Assembly: GCA_963840045.1 (NCBI GenBank) | Contig: CAWIXL010000027.1 | Location: forward strand, 146,888-178,887 | Reading direction: 5' to 3' | Source: an uncultured Actinomycetota bacterium | GTDB lineage: Bacteria; Actinomycetota; Actinomycetes; Mycobacteriales; Mycobacteriaceae | DNA: 32,000 nucleotides | In this document: positions 7,724 to 17,551 of the stretch, in pieces | Position numbering within the stretch: position 1 is the first letter of the stretch | How the letters are laid out: the number at the start of each line of letters is the position of its first letter | The notes under the pieces: generated by a model | Told to the model about the DNA's origin: nothing | The model's database searches: none | The model's input: only the letters and a program-made list of their open reading frames with translations | Program-made: the position numbers and the translations under genes

Positions 7724-9031
7724 ATGCTCGCCACAGACAGGCCCACAGACAGGCCAGTCGAGACGACGACGCGGTCACGGCCGCGGTGGCGCACCCTGAC
7801 GCGTTCGGCGCTGATCACCGCGGCATTCATCACCCCCGCCGTGGTGGTCCGGATTCTCGGCTTGCGCCCAGACCCCGTTGCCGCCCTGCTGATCTTCGGG
7901 GCCGCCGTGGTGGCGGCCAGCTTCCTGCTCGCGTGGGCCGCCGAAGCCGCACAGATCGACGTGTCCGGCGGGTTGGCGATCGCGGTACTCGCGCTGGTCG
8001 CGGTACTGCCCGAATATGCGGTCGACTTGTACTACGCGTATGTGTCCGGCCACAACCCGGACTACACCCAATACGCCGCGGCCAACATGACCGGGTCCAA
8101 CCGGCTGCTGATGGGGCTGGGCTGGCCGGTCGTGGTGTTGGTCAGCATGTTGGTGGCGCGCAAGGCCGGCGCCGGCAAGACGGCCGGTTTGGCGCTCGAG
8201 CCCGCCAACCGTGTCGAACTCGGGTTCCTGCTGATCGCCGGTGTGTTCGCATTCGTGATACCTGCCAGTGGCCAAATCCACCTCGTGCTGGGGTTGGCGC
8301 TGTTGGCCTGGTTCGGCTTCTACCTGTACAAGGTCAGCCACGGCGACGTCGAAGAGCCCGACCTCATCGGTACCGCCGCCGCCCTGGGGTCACTGCCCGA
8401 CCGCACGCGGCGAATGGCCGTCATCGGTCTGTTCGTGGCGTCCGGTGTGGTGATCCTGCTCTGCGCCAAGCCGTTCGCCGATAATCTCGTCGCCGCCGGG
8501 ACGGAGCTGGGCGTCGACCGGTTCCTGCTGGTGCAGTGGCTGGCGCCGCTGGCCTCTGAAGCGCCCGAGTTCATCATCGCCACCATCTTCGCCGCGCGCG
8601 GCAAGGGCACCGCGGCCATCGCCACGCTGATCTCGTCCAAGGTCAACCAGTGGACGCTCCTGATCGGATCGTTGCCGGTTGCGCACCTGCTGGGGGGTGG
8701 CGGGTTCTCCCTGACACTCGACTCCCGCCAGGTGGAGGAAGTGCTGCTCACGGCGACCCAAACCCTGATGGGGGTGGCACTGATCCTGGCGCTGCGCTTC
8801 CGTGGTTCCAGCGCCTGGGCTCTGCTGGTGTTGTTCGTCGTCCAGTTCCCCATTACCTCGACCCACGGGCGGCTGCTGCTCTGCGGCATCTACACAGCGG
8901 TGACCGTCACCGCGCTGATCATCAACCGCCGCCACCTGACCGCCACCGTTCGGGCGCCGTTCGTCGGGACGGCCATTCGCCACAGCGGACACCCACACCA
9001 GCCGTCAGACGCTCCTCAACTAGCCGCGTAA
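7724..9031 (+). CDS. Polytopic membrane protein, CaCA-type (sodium/calcium or cation/proton exchanger-like)
   Basis: 435 aa with about 10 hydrophobic helices and two alpha-repeat-like motifs (LVAVLPEYAVDL and LAPLASEAPEFIIATIF). ATG 7724 is preceded by GAAGGA. The N-terminus contains a 12-nt tandem duplication (CACAGACAGGCC x2, giving TDRPTDRP). Confidence 0.65.
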   Translation: MLATDRPTDRPVETTTRSRPRWRTLTRSALITAAFITPAVVVRILGLRPDPVAALLIFGAAVVAASFLLAWAAEAAQIDVSGGLAIAVLALVAVLPEYAVDLYYAYVSGHNPDYTQYAAANMTGSNRLLMGLGWPVVVLVSMLVARKAGAGKTAGLALEPANRVELGFLLIAGVFAFVIPASGQIHLVLGLALLAWFGFYLYKVSHGDVEEPDLIGTAAALGSLPDRTRRMAVIGLFVASGVVILLCAKPFADNLVAAGTELGVDRFLLVQWLAPLASEAPEFIIATIFAARGKGTAAIATLISSKVNQWTLLIGSLPVAHLLGGGGFSLTLDSRQVEEVLLTATQTLMGVALILALRFRGSSAWALLVLFVVQFPITSTHGRLLLCGIYTAVTVTALIINRRHLTATVRAPFVGTAIRHSGHPHQPSDAPQLAA

Positions 9032-9105
9032 CCCGCGCCGGCCCGCTTGGTCAGCCCCCTATTGTTGGCGCTGGGGTGTTGCCACCCCGGATCGGTGGTG
9101 CTCAC

Positions 9106-12100
9106 GTGACGGCGGCGGGGTCCGAGGCGGGATTGGCGTGCCCGACATGCGGCACGGAAGTGCGGGCGACGGCGAAGTTCTGCGATGAGTGCGGGTCACC
9201 AATCGCGGCACCAGTCGCGCCGGCGGAGTACAAGCAGGTGACGGTGCTGTTCGCCGACGTCGTGCGTTCAATGGACATCGCGGCGGCGGTAGGCCCGGAG
9301 CGGTTGCGCGAGATCATGGGCGAGCTCGTCCGGGATGCCTCGGCGGTGGTGCAGCGGTTTGGCGGCACGGTGGACAAATTCACCGGCGACGGGATCATGG
9401 CGGTGTTCGGCGCGCCAGTCGCTTTGGAGGATCACGCTTTTCGCGCTTGTCTGGCGGCGCTGGGGATCCAGGATGCGGTGGAGCGAGTCGCGGATGAGGT
9501 CGCACGCCAGGATGGCGTTAGCCTACTGCTGCGGGTGGGGCTGAATTCTGGTCAAGTGATCGCCGGCGAAATCGGCTCTGGTGCTTTGGGTTACACGGCA
9601 ATCGGAGAGCAGGTGGGGATGGCCCAGCGGATGGAGTCGGTGGCCCCACCGGGTGGAGTGATGCTCAGCGAATCCACCGCCCGGTTGGTCGCAGATGCCG
9701 CAGTGTTGGGCGAGCCAGAAATGGTGCACATCAAGGGGTCAAGTGACCAGGTGCCGGCGCGCCGTCTGATCGCGACCACCAGCGATCACCGCCGGCGCAA
9801 CGACCTGCCGTTGGTGGGGCGCACTTGGGAACTGAGCACCATCGGCGGGATTCTCGAGGAGGCCATCGGCGGGGCTGGGTGTGTGATCGGCGTGCTGGGA
9901 CCACCGGGTATCGGTAAGAGCCGCATCGTGCGTGAAGCTGCCACACTGGCGGGCGATCGCGGCGTGAAGGTGTTCACCACCTACTGCGAATCCCACACCA
10001 GCGATATCCCCTTTCACGCGGTGGCCGGCCTGTTGCGCGCCGCGCTGGGTGCCGACTGCCGCACACACGAAGAGGCCCGGGCCCAGATCCGGGCCCGCAT
10101 CAACGGCGCCGATCCCGAAGATCTGCTGCTGCTGGATGACCTGCTCGGCATCGCTGATCCCAACATCGAGCTGCCTAACATCGAGGGCGACGCGCGGCGA
10201 CGTCGGTTGACGGCGTTGGTCAATGCCGCATCGCTGGCACGCAGTGACCCGGCGCTGTATGCCATCGAGGATGCGCATTGGATTGACGAGGTCAGCGAGT
10301 CGATGCTGGCCGATTTCTTCGCGGTGGTCCCGCAAACCCCCTCGATGGTGCTGATCACCTACCGCCCCGAATACCGCGGCGCGCTAACGACGATCCCCGG
10401 AACACAGACAATCGCCCTGCGGCCACTCAACAACGCGCAGACGGCGTCGCTGATCGGTGAGTTGCTTGGCGTCGACGACTCGGTGCACGGGCTGACTCAA
10501 CTGATCGCCGAAAGGGTAGCGGGTAACCCATTTTTCGCCGAAGAGATCGTGCGCGACCTCTCCGAGCGCGGCACGATTTGCGGCCAGCCAGGCTCTTATC
10601 TGCTCGATGGGGAGGTTTCCGATGTCAGTGTCCCGGCGACGCTGCAGGCTGCGATCGCCGCCCGCGTGGACCGACTCGGCGTCGGGGCCAAACGCACGCT
10701 GAGCGCCGCGGCGGTCATCGGGTCACGCTTCAGCCCCGAGCTGGTGGCCGCCCTGGGGACCCAACCGGTGCTTGACGAGCTGGTCAAGGGTGAGCTGGTC
10801 GATCAGGTCGGGTTTACTCCGCGCGTGGAATATGCGTTCAGACATCCGTTGATTCGTACGGTCGCCTATGAATCGCAGCTGAAATCGGATAGAGCGGAGC
10901 TGCATCGGCGACTGGCCGACGCAATCGAACAACAAGAGATCGCCCGACGACAATGCGGCCCTGATCGCCGAACACCTCGAAGCGGCCGGTGATATGCGCG
11001 CTGCGTTCAATTGGCATATGCGTGCCGGCACCTGGCTGACCCACCGCGATCTGACGGCTGCGCGGAGTAGTTGGCGGCATGCGCGCGATGTCGCCGACCG
11101 ACTGGCCCGATGCCGACTCCGACCGCACCGCAATGCGGATCGCGCCGCGGACATTGCTGTGCGCCAGCGCCTGGCTGGCCGGCGGGAGCGCTGGCCGACA
11201 CCGGATTCGACGAGCTGCGTGAACTTGCCGGCGCGGCCGGCGACAAGGTGTCGCTGGCCATGGGGATGGCCGGCTGGGTGTCCGACACTGATCGTTCACG
11301 CCCGCTTCCGCGAAGCCTCGGAGCTTGGCATCCGAACTCGAGAGCCTGCTCGAGTCGATCGGTGACCCGACGTTGACCCTGGCAATGCTCTACCCCGCGC
11401 TCCCAATCAAATTGCAGACGGGCGAGTTGGCCGAAACACTGCGATTGTCGCAGCTGATGATCGACTTGGCCGATGGCGACCCGGTGAAGGGCAATCTCGT
11501 CTTCGGGTCGCCGCTGATCGCGGGGATCCTGTTCCGGGGGTGCGCACGGTGTTGTCTCGGGGACGGGAGATGGCGAGGCGATCTCGACACCGCGGCGACG
11601 ATGGTCCGCGCGTTCGACCCAACGACGCGCGCGCTAGTCCTGCTCTTCAAATATTCCATGACCATGTCCGAAGGGTTGTCGTCGCCAGGTGTGACAGACC
11701 GGCAGGAGACGGCTGAGCTACTGCGGGATGCGGAGCGATCCGGCGACGATTTCACGTTGGCCTGCGCCCAATGTGTGCGCGCCATGACGCTGCTGGGTGA
11801 TGACGATTCCCAACGGGAAGAACGGTTCACGCTACTTGCTGCGGTACGCGAAGCCGCCCTGCAAGAGCGCTTCACGCTGGCGTGGGCTTGGTTAATAGAC
11901 ATCCAGCTGGCCGCGGCGAAGGCCCGAACTGGCGATGTCGACGGCGCGATCGAAATCTCGCGGGGCGCCCTTGAGCGCATATTCGGTTCCGGCGACAAGG
12001 TGAGCGGCACGCGGTGCACCGCCATTCTGGTGGAAGCCTTGCTGCGCAGGGGGAATGACACAGACCTGCAGGAGGCGCAGGCGGCCATCGCACGGTCGGC

Positions 12101-12281
12101 GGCGGTGCCGACCGAACCAGGATTCGTCATGAACGAGATATGGCTGCTGCGGATGCGGGCGCTACTGGCTCAGGCACAAGGCGACGATATGGCTTATCGC
12201 GACTACCGCGACCACTATCGCACGATGGCGAATTCGCTTGGCTTCGAAGGGCATATCGCCTGGGCGGCGGAAATGGAGTGA
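9106..12281 (+). pseudogene. Zinc-ribbon / class III adenylate cyclase / P-loop STAND ATPase / TPR-like protein, reading frame broken five times
   Basis: N-terminus is CPTCGTEVRATAKFCDECG. Cyclase core: YKQVTVLFADVVRSMD...FTGDGIMAVFGAP...RVGLNSGQVIAGEIG...YTAIGEQVGMAQRMES. Walker A: GVLGPPGIGKSRIV. Helical C-terminus ends ...GFEGHIAWAAEME. Coding sense moves through frames 1,2,0,1,2,0 between about 10930 and 11326 (see findings). The start is uncertain: GTG 9106, GTG 9076 or TTG 9079. Confidence 0.75.
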
Positions 12282-12294
12282 CGGGAATGACAGC

Positions 12295-13119
12295 GTGACG
12301 GAAGTGCTGACAGTCATCGGTGTGGGCGGGATGGGCGAGGCGATCGTCCGCCGGCTGGGCGCCGGCAAAACGGTGCTGCTGGCCGACTACAACGAGGAGA
12401 CGCTGGCGTCGGCGACCGAATCATTGTCCGCCGCCGGCTATCACGTCGAAAGCCACAGCGTCGACGTCGCCTCACCGGAATCGGTGCACGAGCTTGCGGA
12501 ATACGCAACGTCACTCGGCGACGTCACGCAGCTGGCGCACACCGCCGGCCTGTCCCCTGCGCAGGCCTCGGCCGAGGCAATCCTGGCCGTGGATCTGTTC
12601 GGTGTCGCGCTGGTGCTGGAGGAGTTCGGTGAAGTCATCGCAGCCGGCGGCGCGGGCGTCGTGATCGCCAGCATGGCCGGGCACCTGATGCCACCGCTGC
12701 CCGCCGACGAAGAACATGCGCTGGCCCACACCCCGGCGCGCGAGTTGCTCCAGCTGGACTTCGTCAGCCCCGAAAAGCTCAGTTACCCCGGCTTTGCGTA
12801 CGCAATCGCCAAACAGGCCAATCACATTCGCGTCCGCGCTGCCAGCGTGCCGTGGGGCCGCCGGGGTGCGCGCATCAATTCGATCAGTCCCGGCATCATC
12901 TCGACGCCGATGGGACGGCAGGAACTCGACTCGCCGGTCGGTGATGGCATGCGGACGATGATCGCCATGTCCGGCACCGGACGCATCGGAACCGCCGACG
13001 ACATCGCCGCCGCCACCGCGTTCCTGCTGGGCCCCGAAGCGAGCTTCATCACGGGCATCGACCTACTGGTCGACGGCGGCGTCGTCGCGGCCGCGAAGGC
13101 AGGCAGCACCACAACCTAG
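12295..13119 (+). CDS. SDR family oxidoreductase
   Basis: VTEVLTVIGVGGMGEAIVRRLG (Rossmann), ...YAIAKQA (YxxxK), ...INSISPGIISTPM. GTG 12295 is the first start after the upstream stop at 12279-12281. The track ORF begins at 12238, inside the previous gene. Confidence 0.8.
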   Translation: MTEVLTVIGVGGMGEAIVRRLGAGKTVLLADYNEETLASATESLSAAGYHVESHSVDVASPESVHELAEYATSLGDVTQLAHTAGLSPAQASAEAILAVDLFGVALVLEEFGEVIAAGGAGVVIASMAGHLMPPLPADEEHALAHTPARELLQLDFVSPEKLSYPGFAYAIAKQANHIRVRAASVPWGRRGARINSISPGIISTPMGRQELDSPVGDGMRTMIAMSGTGRIGTADDIAAATAFLLGPEASFITGIDLLVDGGVVAAAKAGSTTT

Positions 13120-13122
13120 CCG

Positions 13123-14862
13123 TCAGACCAGGTAGTAGACGGGCGCATCGACTTCAACGGCGGCCAGGTGGCCGCGGGCGTGGCGCACCGCTTTGAGCGT
13201 CGCCGAGTAGTCCTCGTCTTCTTCGGGAAAGATGTGTTCTGCGGGGAACCAGCTTTGGAATCCGACGTTACTCAAGATGGCGAGCGCGTCGGGGCGCACC
13301 CCGGCCAACAGGACAGTTACACCGCGCGCGGTCTCCTCGCGTGCAAAGTGCTCGATACGCTCGATGCAGACAGCATCCGGGTGGCGCACCCGTTTGAGCC
13401 GCAGCACAACGAATTTGACGTCGTCATCCTCGATCCGTTGGCTGATGGCCAACAGGTAGCGGTCCAATTCCGGTGCGGCGCCGAAGAATAGCTCGCCCTC
13501 CAGGTCATAGATCACGATCGACGTGTCGACAGGATCACCGGGAACACGTTCGCGTACCACCCGCTCGGGCGCGACGATGAGTTCCTTGGCTTTCAGCTTC
13601 GCCGCGCGCGGCACGAACAACAGAATCGACAGGATCACACCGAGCAAGACCGCTTTGTCGAGATCGATCGCCACCCCGGTGAATGCCGTCACGATCACCA
13701 AACCGGCGTCGTAGCGCGACGCTTTGAGCGCATAGACGAGTCGCTTGAAATCGACCAGCCGCGCGGCGGTGACGAGCAGCAGACCAGCCAGTGCCGCCTG
13801 CGGAACGTAGCGCAGCAGCGGCGCGAACAACAGCAGCGCCGCGGCGACCGTCGCCGCCGAGACGACCCCGGAAAACCGGGTCATAGCACCGGCTTGGTAG
13901 TTGATCGCCGATCGCGATAGCGAACCTGACCCGGGCAGGCTCTGGAAGAAACCGCCGGTGAGGTTGGCCAGGCCCTCGGCCATGATCTGCCGGTTGTAGT
14001 CGATCTTCTGATGCGTTTGGTACGCAATGGCTTTGGCGATCGACAAAGCCTCGATGATGCCGACGAACGCGATCGCCAATGCCCCCCCGGAAAGCTCAGG
14101 GATCCAGCTGGTGTGTACCTCAGGGACATGCGGGGTGGGCAGGCTGCGTGGGATCTTTGCGGCCACCGCCACCGCGGTATGACCGCCGGCGCCCGGAGTC
14201 GACCAGCCTGCGAGATAGGCGATGAGGCCGGTGATGATCAGCACGGCAAGCATGTCGAGCTGCGGCCATCGGTACCGTTGCACGAGCTTGCGCAGAATGA
14301 CCGCCAGTAGCACCGCCGTGGCACTGAGCGTCAGGGCGCGGTAGTTGATCGCGTCCCCATGAAACAGGGTGAGCCATACCCGCCGCAACACCTGCATGTG
14401 CCCGTTGCCCTTGTCGTGCAAGCCCAGTGCATTGCCGAGCTGTCCCACCGCGAGCAGGAAGGCCGCGGCCGCCATGAAGCCGATGATCACCGACTCGGAA
14501 ATGTAGCGGGTCAGGTTGCCGAGCTTGAACATGCTGATCACGATCTGAATCGCGCCAACCAGCACGCCCAGCAGGAACAGCGCCTCGAAGAGCTCTGCAC
14601 TGTTCTCCGAATCGATGAACGCAAGACCGGTGAAGACGAGCAGCGAGATGGCGCTCGTCGGCCCATTGATCAGGTGCGAGGACGAGCCGAAGATCGAGGC
14701 GACGATCGTCACGACAATCGCCGAGTAGACGCCGAATCTGGGATCCACTCCGGCGATCAGCGCGTACGCCATGGCCTGCGGGAAGGAAATGGCGGCGACG
14801 GTCAGGCCGGCGATGAGATCGTGCCGCCCTTTAATCAGGTCGTAATTGAGCACTCGGGCCAC
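13123..14862 (-). CDS. SulP-family inorganic anion (sulfate) transporter with C-terminal STAS domain
   Basis: 579 aa. The N-terminus DLIAGLTVAAISFPQAMAYALIAGV... is the SulP signature region, followed by many TM helices. The C-terminal STAS-like domain reads ...VIYDLEGELFFGAAPELDRYL...KFVVLRLKRVRHPDAVCIERIEHF...GVTVLLAGVRPD. GTG start at 14862. Confidence 0.9.
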   Translation of the reverse strand: MARVLNYDLIKGRHDLIAGLTVAAISFPQAMAYALIAGVDPRFGVYSAIVVTIVASIFGSSSHLINGPTSAISLLVFTGLAFIDSENSAELFEALFLLGVLVGAIQIVISMFKLGNLTRYISESVIIGFMAAAAFLLAVGQLGNALGLHDKGNGHMQVLRRVWLTLFHGDAINYRALTLSATAVLLAVILRKLVQRYRWPQLDMLAVLIITGLIAYLAGWSTPGAGGHTAVAVAAKIPRSLPTPHVPEVHTSWIPELSGGALAIAFVGIIEALSIAKAIAYQTHQKIDYNRQIMAEGLANLTGGFFQSLPGSGSLSRSAINYQAGAMTRFSGVVSAATVAAALLLFAPLLRYVPQAALAGLLLVTAARLVDFKRLVYALKASRYDAGLVIVTAFTGVAIDLDKAVLLGVILSILLFVPRAAKLKAKELIVAPERVVRERVPGDPVDTSIVIYDLEGELFFGAAPELDRYLLAISQRIEDDDVKFVVLRLKRVRHPDAVCIERIEHFAREETARGVTVLLAGVRPDALAILSNVGFQSWFPAEHIFPEEDEDYSATLKAVRHARGHLAAVEVDAPVYYLV

Positions 14863-14883
14863 GCTGCGTATCCAGTCTCTCCG

Positions 14884-15975
14884 CTATGGTCCCGAGGCCA
14901 CCGAGCGCGTCGGCGCCGAGAGCGTGTCGAGAATTCCGTTGTCGCCGAAGAATTGCTGCCGCGCCTCGGCCCAGTCCTTGGCGATAGCCGTGACCGGGAA
15001 AAGCGCCAGGGGAGGCAGCCGGTCGGCGTATTTGGCGAGGATCTCCGCCTTGATCGGCCGATAGCCGTGTTGCGCTATCTGTTCTTGCGCGGCGTCGGTG
15101 AACAGATAGTTGAGGTAGGCCTTTGCGTAGGCCGCCTTCTTGGTATCCGTGACGTTGGCATCGACCCAGGCGACCGCCGGTTCGGCCAGGATGCTGACCG
15201 GCGGATAGACGACTTGGAGTTCGTCCTTGTTGGCGGCGACCTCACGTAGCGCCTCGTTCTCCCAGGTCAGCTGCACGTCGCCGGTCTTTTGAACGGCAAA
15301 GCTGATGCCCGCGCCGCGCGCACCGGCGTCGGACACCGTCACGTGCTGTAGGAGCGCCCTTAGGTAGGCGGTGGCCTGGGCCGGGTTGCCGCCACGGGTG
15401 GTGACCGAGCCCCAGGCGGCAAGGATGCTCAACTGGCCATTGCCGGAGGTGCGCGGATTGGGCGACACGACGGCGACGTCGGGGTTGATCAGGTCGGGCC
15501 AGTCGTGAATGGCTCTGGGATTGCCCTTACGGACGACAAAGACGATGGTCGACGTGTAGGGCACCGAATTGTTCGGCAAGCGCTGCTGCCAATTGGGTGC
15601 GATGAACCCCCGCTTGCTCAACGTTTCGACATCGCTGATCAGCGCCAGCGACACCACATTGGCTTTCTGGCTGCCATCGACAACGCTGCTCACCTGTCGG
15701 CCTGAGCCGCCGTGCGATTGCTTGATGTCCAGAGTGGTTCCGGTGTGCGCGCGGTATTGCGTGACGAATGCCTGGTCCAGCGCGGCATACAGCTCACGTG
15801 TCGGGTCGTAGGAGACGTTGAGAATTTGGTTGGACCCACCAAGGGAAACGCCGGACAGGTTCTTGACCACGATCGCAGTTGCGGCGAAGACGATTGCCAC
15901 AACACCGAGGATGTTGAGCCAGGGAATGCGCGTCAGGGTGCGAAAACGCTTGAGCGCCGGACGCGCTTCTACCAT
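14884..15975 (-). CDS. Sulfate/thiosulfate-binding protein (ABC-type periplasmic SBP family) with an N-terminal membrane anchor
   Basis: 363 aa with ...[12 protein letters not shown]...[11 protein letters not shown]...[10 protein letters not shown]...[12 protein letters not shown]...LTWENEA..., matching the Sbp/CysP/SubI family. The N-terminus [25 protein letters not shown] is an uncleaved-looking TM helix and there is no lipobox Cys. The stop lies 21 nt upstream of the SulP start. Confidence 0.85.
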   Translation of the reverse strand: MVEARPALKRFRTLTRIPWLNILGVVAIVFAATAIVVKNLSGVSLGGSNQILNVSYDPTRELYAALDQAFVTQYRAHTGTTLDIKQSHGGSGRQVSSVVDGSQKANVVSLALISDVETLSKRGFIAPNWQQRLPNNSVPYTSTIVFVVRKGNPRAIHDWPDLINPDVAVVSPNPRTSGNGQLSILAAWGSVTTRGGNPAQATAYLRALLQHVTVSDAGARGAGISFAVQKTGDVQLTWENEALREVAANKDELQVVYPPVSILAEPAVAWVDANVTDTKKAAYAKAYLNYLFTDAAQEQIAQHGYRPIKAEILAKYADRLPPLALFPVTAIAKDWAEARQQFFGDNGILDTLSAPTRSVASGP

Positions 15976-16139
15976 CCAGGCGTCCTCTCGCCACGATCTC
16001 CCAGAGATCTCCCCGACCGTTTCGGCATTTCGTTTGGTTCGTCTGGTACCGAACGTTTTTTACGACGTTAACAATTAGGCCACCTAGCGACAGCATTGAA
16101 AATCATCCTGAAGCTAAGTGCACTCAATATGCTGATCAG

Positions 16140-17540
16140 ATGCCGCAGCGGGTGTTGCGTGAACGCCTGATCGACCTCGAAGTACCCAGCGAGGATGTCG
16201 CGCGCGGCCGGGCATTGCGCAAATCCGTGCCACGTCGCGCCCTCGCCCAGCTGACGCCCTCGCGGCGATCGGCCACCGAAATACTTGTCGCCCAGAACGG
16301 CGACCGGCTGCCCGAACTCGTCCCGCTGCGTTTTGCCCGGATGCTCACCGACCCCTTCTCGTTCTACCGAGGTTCTGCCGCGGTCATGGCCGCCGACCTC
16401 GCCGCAAGCCCGTCGACGGGGATCGAAATCATGTGCTGCGGCGACGCCCACATCTCGAATTTCGGCATGTACGCCGCCCCGGACCGTTCAATAGTGTTCG
16501 ACCTGAACGATTTTGACGAGGCTGCGGTGGCGCCCGCCGAGTGGGATGTCAAACGTCTGATCACCAGCGCGATCATCGGGGGTCGCCATGCGGAGTATCC
16601 GGCCAAGGCCATCCGCCGTTGCGTCGAGCAGGCATTGGTCGGCTACCAAACCAGTCTGCAGGCGATGCTCGAGGAGATGGACGTCCTGGACCGCTACTAC
16701 CTACGGGTGGAGCCCGAGCACTACACCGGGAAGATGTCCAAGGGCCTGCAGGCAGTGATTCAGGAAACGATATCCCAGGCGCGCACGCGTACCTCAGCGC
16801 GAGTCTTCAAGCGGATCACCGAGATTGGCCCCGACGGCACCCCGCGGCTGCGTGAAGCACCACCCGTTCTGCAACACGTTGACGAGGACGTCGAAGCTTC
16901 GTTGCTGGAATCGATCGAGGAGTACTTGGCCGCCGTCCCCGCCGACGTCGCGCTACTGCTTTCGCATTTCCGGGTGACCGATATCGCGCTGCGGGTTGTC
17001 GGGGTCGGCAGTGTCGGTACCCGGTGTTACTTGGTGATCCTGGTCGGTCCCAACGACACACCGCTGATCCTGCAGATCAAAGAGGCCGCTCGATCAGTGC
17101 TGGACGAATACGCCGGTTGGCACCAGCCGGACACGCTGACGGCGGCCATCGAGGCCAAAGGCCAGGGCGTGCGCGTCATCGACGGCCAGCAGATCCTGCA
17201 GGCAATGTCGGACGTGTTCCTCGGGACGACACGCAAGGATGGCCGCGACTACTACGTACGTCAGTTCCACGACATGAAGGGCACCGTCGAAACCGAAGGC
17301 ATGGCGCCATCCATCTTCCGCGAGTATGTGTTTGCGTGTGCGGTGTTGCTTGCGCGTGCGCACTCGCAGAGTGCGAACGCGTCCATGCTGCGGGGTTACG
17401 TCGGCACCGCTAGCACGGTGCACGACGCGGTCGCCGAGTGGTCCTACGCGTACGCCGACAAGTCGCTCGACGACTTTCACCAACTGCGCGCGGCGGCCGC
17501 GGCCGGCGATATCGAGGTGGCCGACGATCCCGCCCGATAG
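16140..17540 (+). CDS. DUF2252 family protein
   Basis: 466 aa with ...LVPLRFARMLTDPFSFYRGSAAVMAADLA...CCGDAHISNFGMYAAPDRSIVFDLNDFDEA...WDVKRL..., as I recall for DUF2252 proteins of actinobacteria. Confidence 0.75.
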   Translation: MPQRVLRERLIDLEVPSEDVARGRALRKSVPRRALAQLTPSRRSATEILVAQNGDRLPELVPLRFARMLTDPFSFYRGSAAVMAADLAASPSTGIEIMCCGDAHISNFGMYAAPDRSIVFDLNDFDEAAVAPAEWDVKRLITSAIIGGRHAEYPAKAIRRCVEQALVGYQTSLQAMLEEMDVLDRYYLRVEPEHYTGKMSKGLQAVIQETISQARTRTSARVFKRITEIGPDGTPRLREAPPVLQHVDEDVEASLLESIEEYLAAVPADVALLLSHFRVTDIALRVVGVGSVGTRCYLVILVGPNDTPLILQIKEAARSVLDEYAGWHQPDTLTAAIEAKGQGVRVIDGQQILQAMSDVFLGTTRKDGRDYYVRQFHDMKGTVETEGMAPSIFREYVFACAVLLARAHSQSANASMLRGYVGTASTVHDAVAEWSYAYADKSLDDFHQLRAAAAAGDIEVADDPAR

Positions 17541-17551
17541 GTCAGGGGGCT

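Noticed and set aside
7615-8998. ORFs 7615..8484(+), 7775..8341(-), 8320..8889(-) and 8390..8998(-)
   Set aside because: They are shadows of the CaCA membrane protein gene. Only frame 7724..9031 yields coherent TM helices.
8650-9105. N-terminal 150-aa extension of the cyclase ORF (track ORF 8650..10992)
   Set aside because: This part overlaps the 3' end of the CaCA transporter gene in another frame and translates to Pro/Arg/Gly-rich low-complexity sequence. The recognisable protein begins at the zinc ribbon just after GTG 9106.
14359-15249. 296-aa plus-strand ORF
   Set aside because: It is antisense to the SulP and sulfate-binding protein genes, both of which have unambiguous family signatures.
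16068-16451. 127-aa minus-strand ORF at the start of the DUF2252 gene
   Set aside because: It is antisense to a well-supported gene and has no motif or ribosome-binding site.
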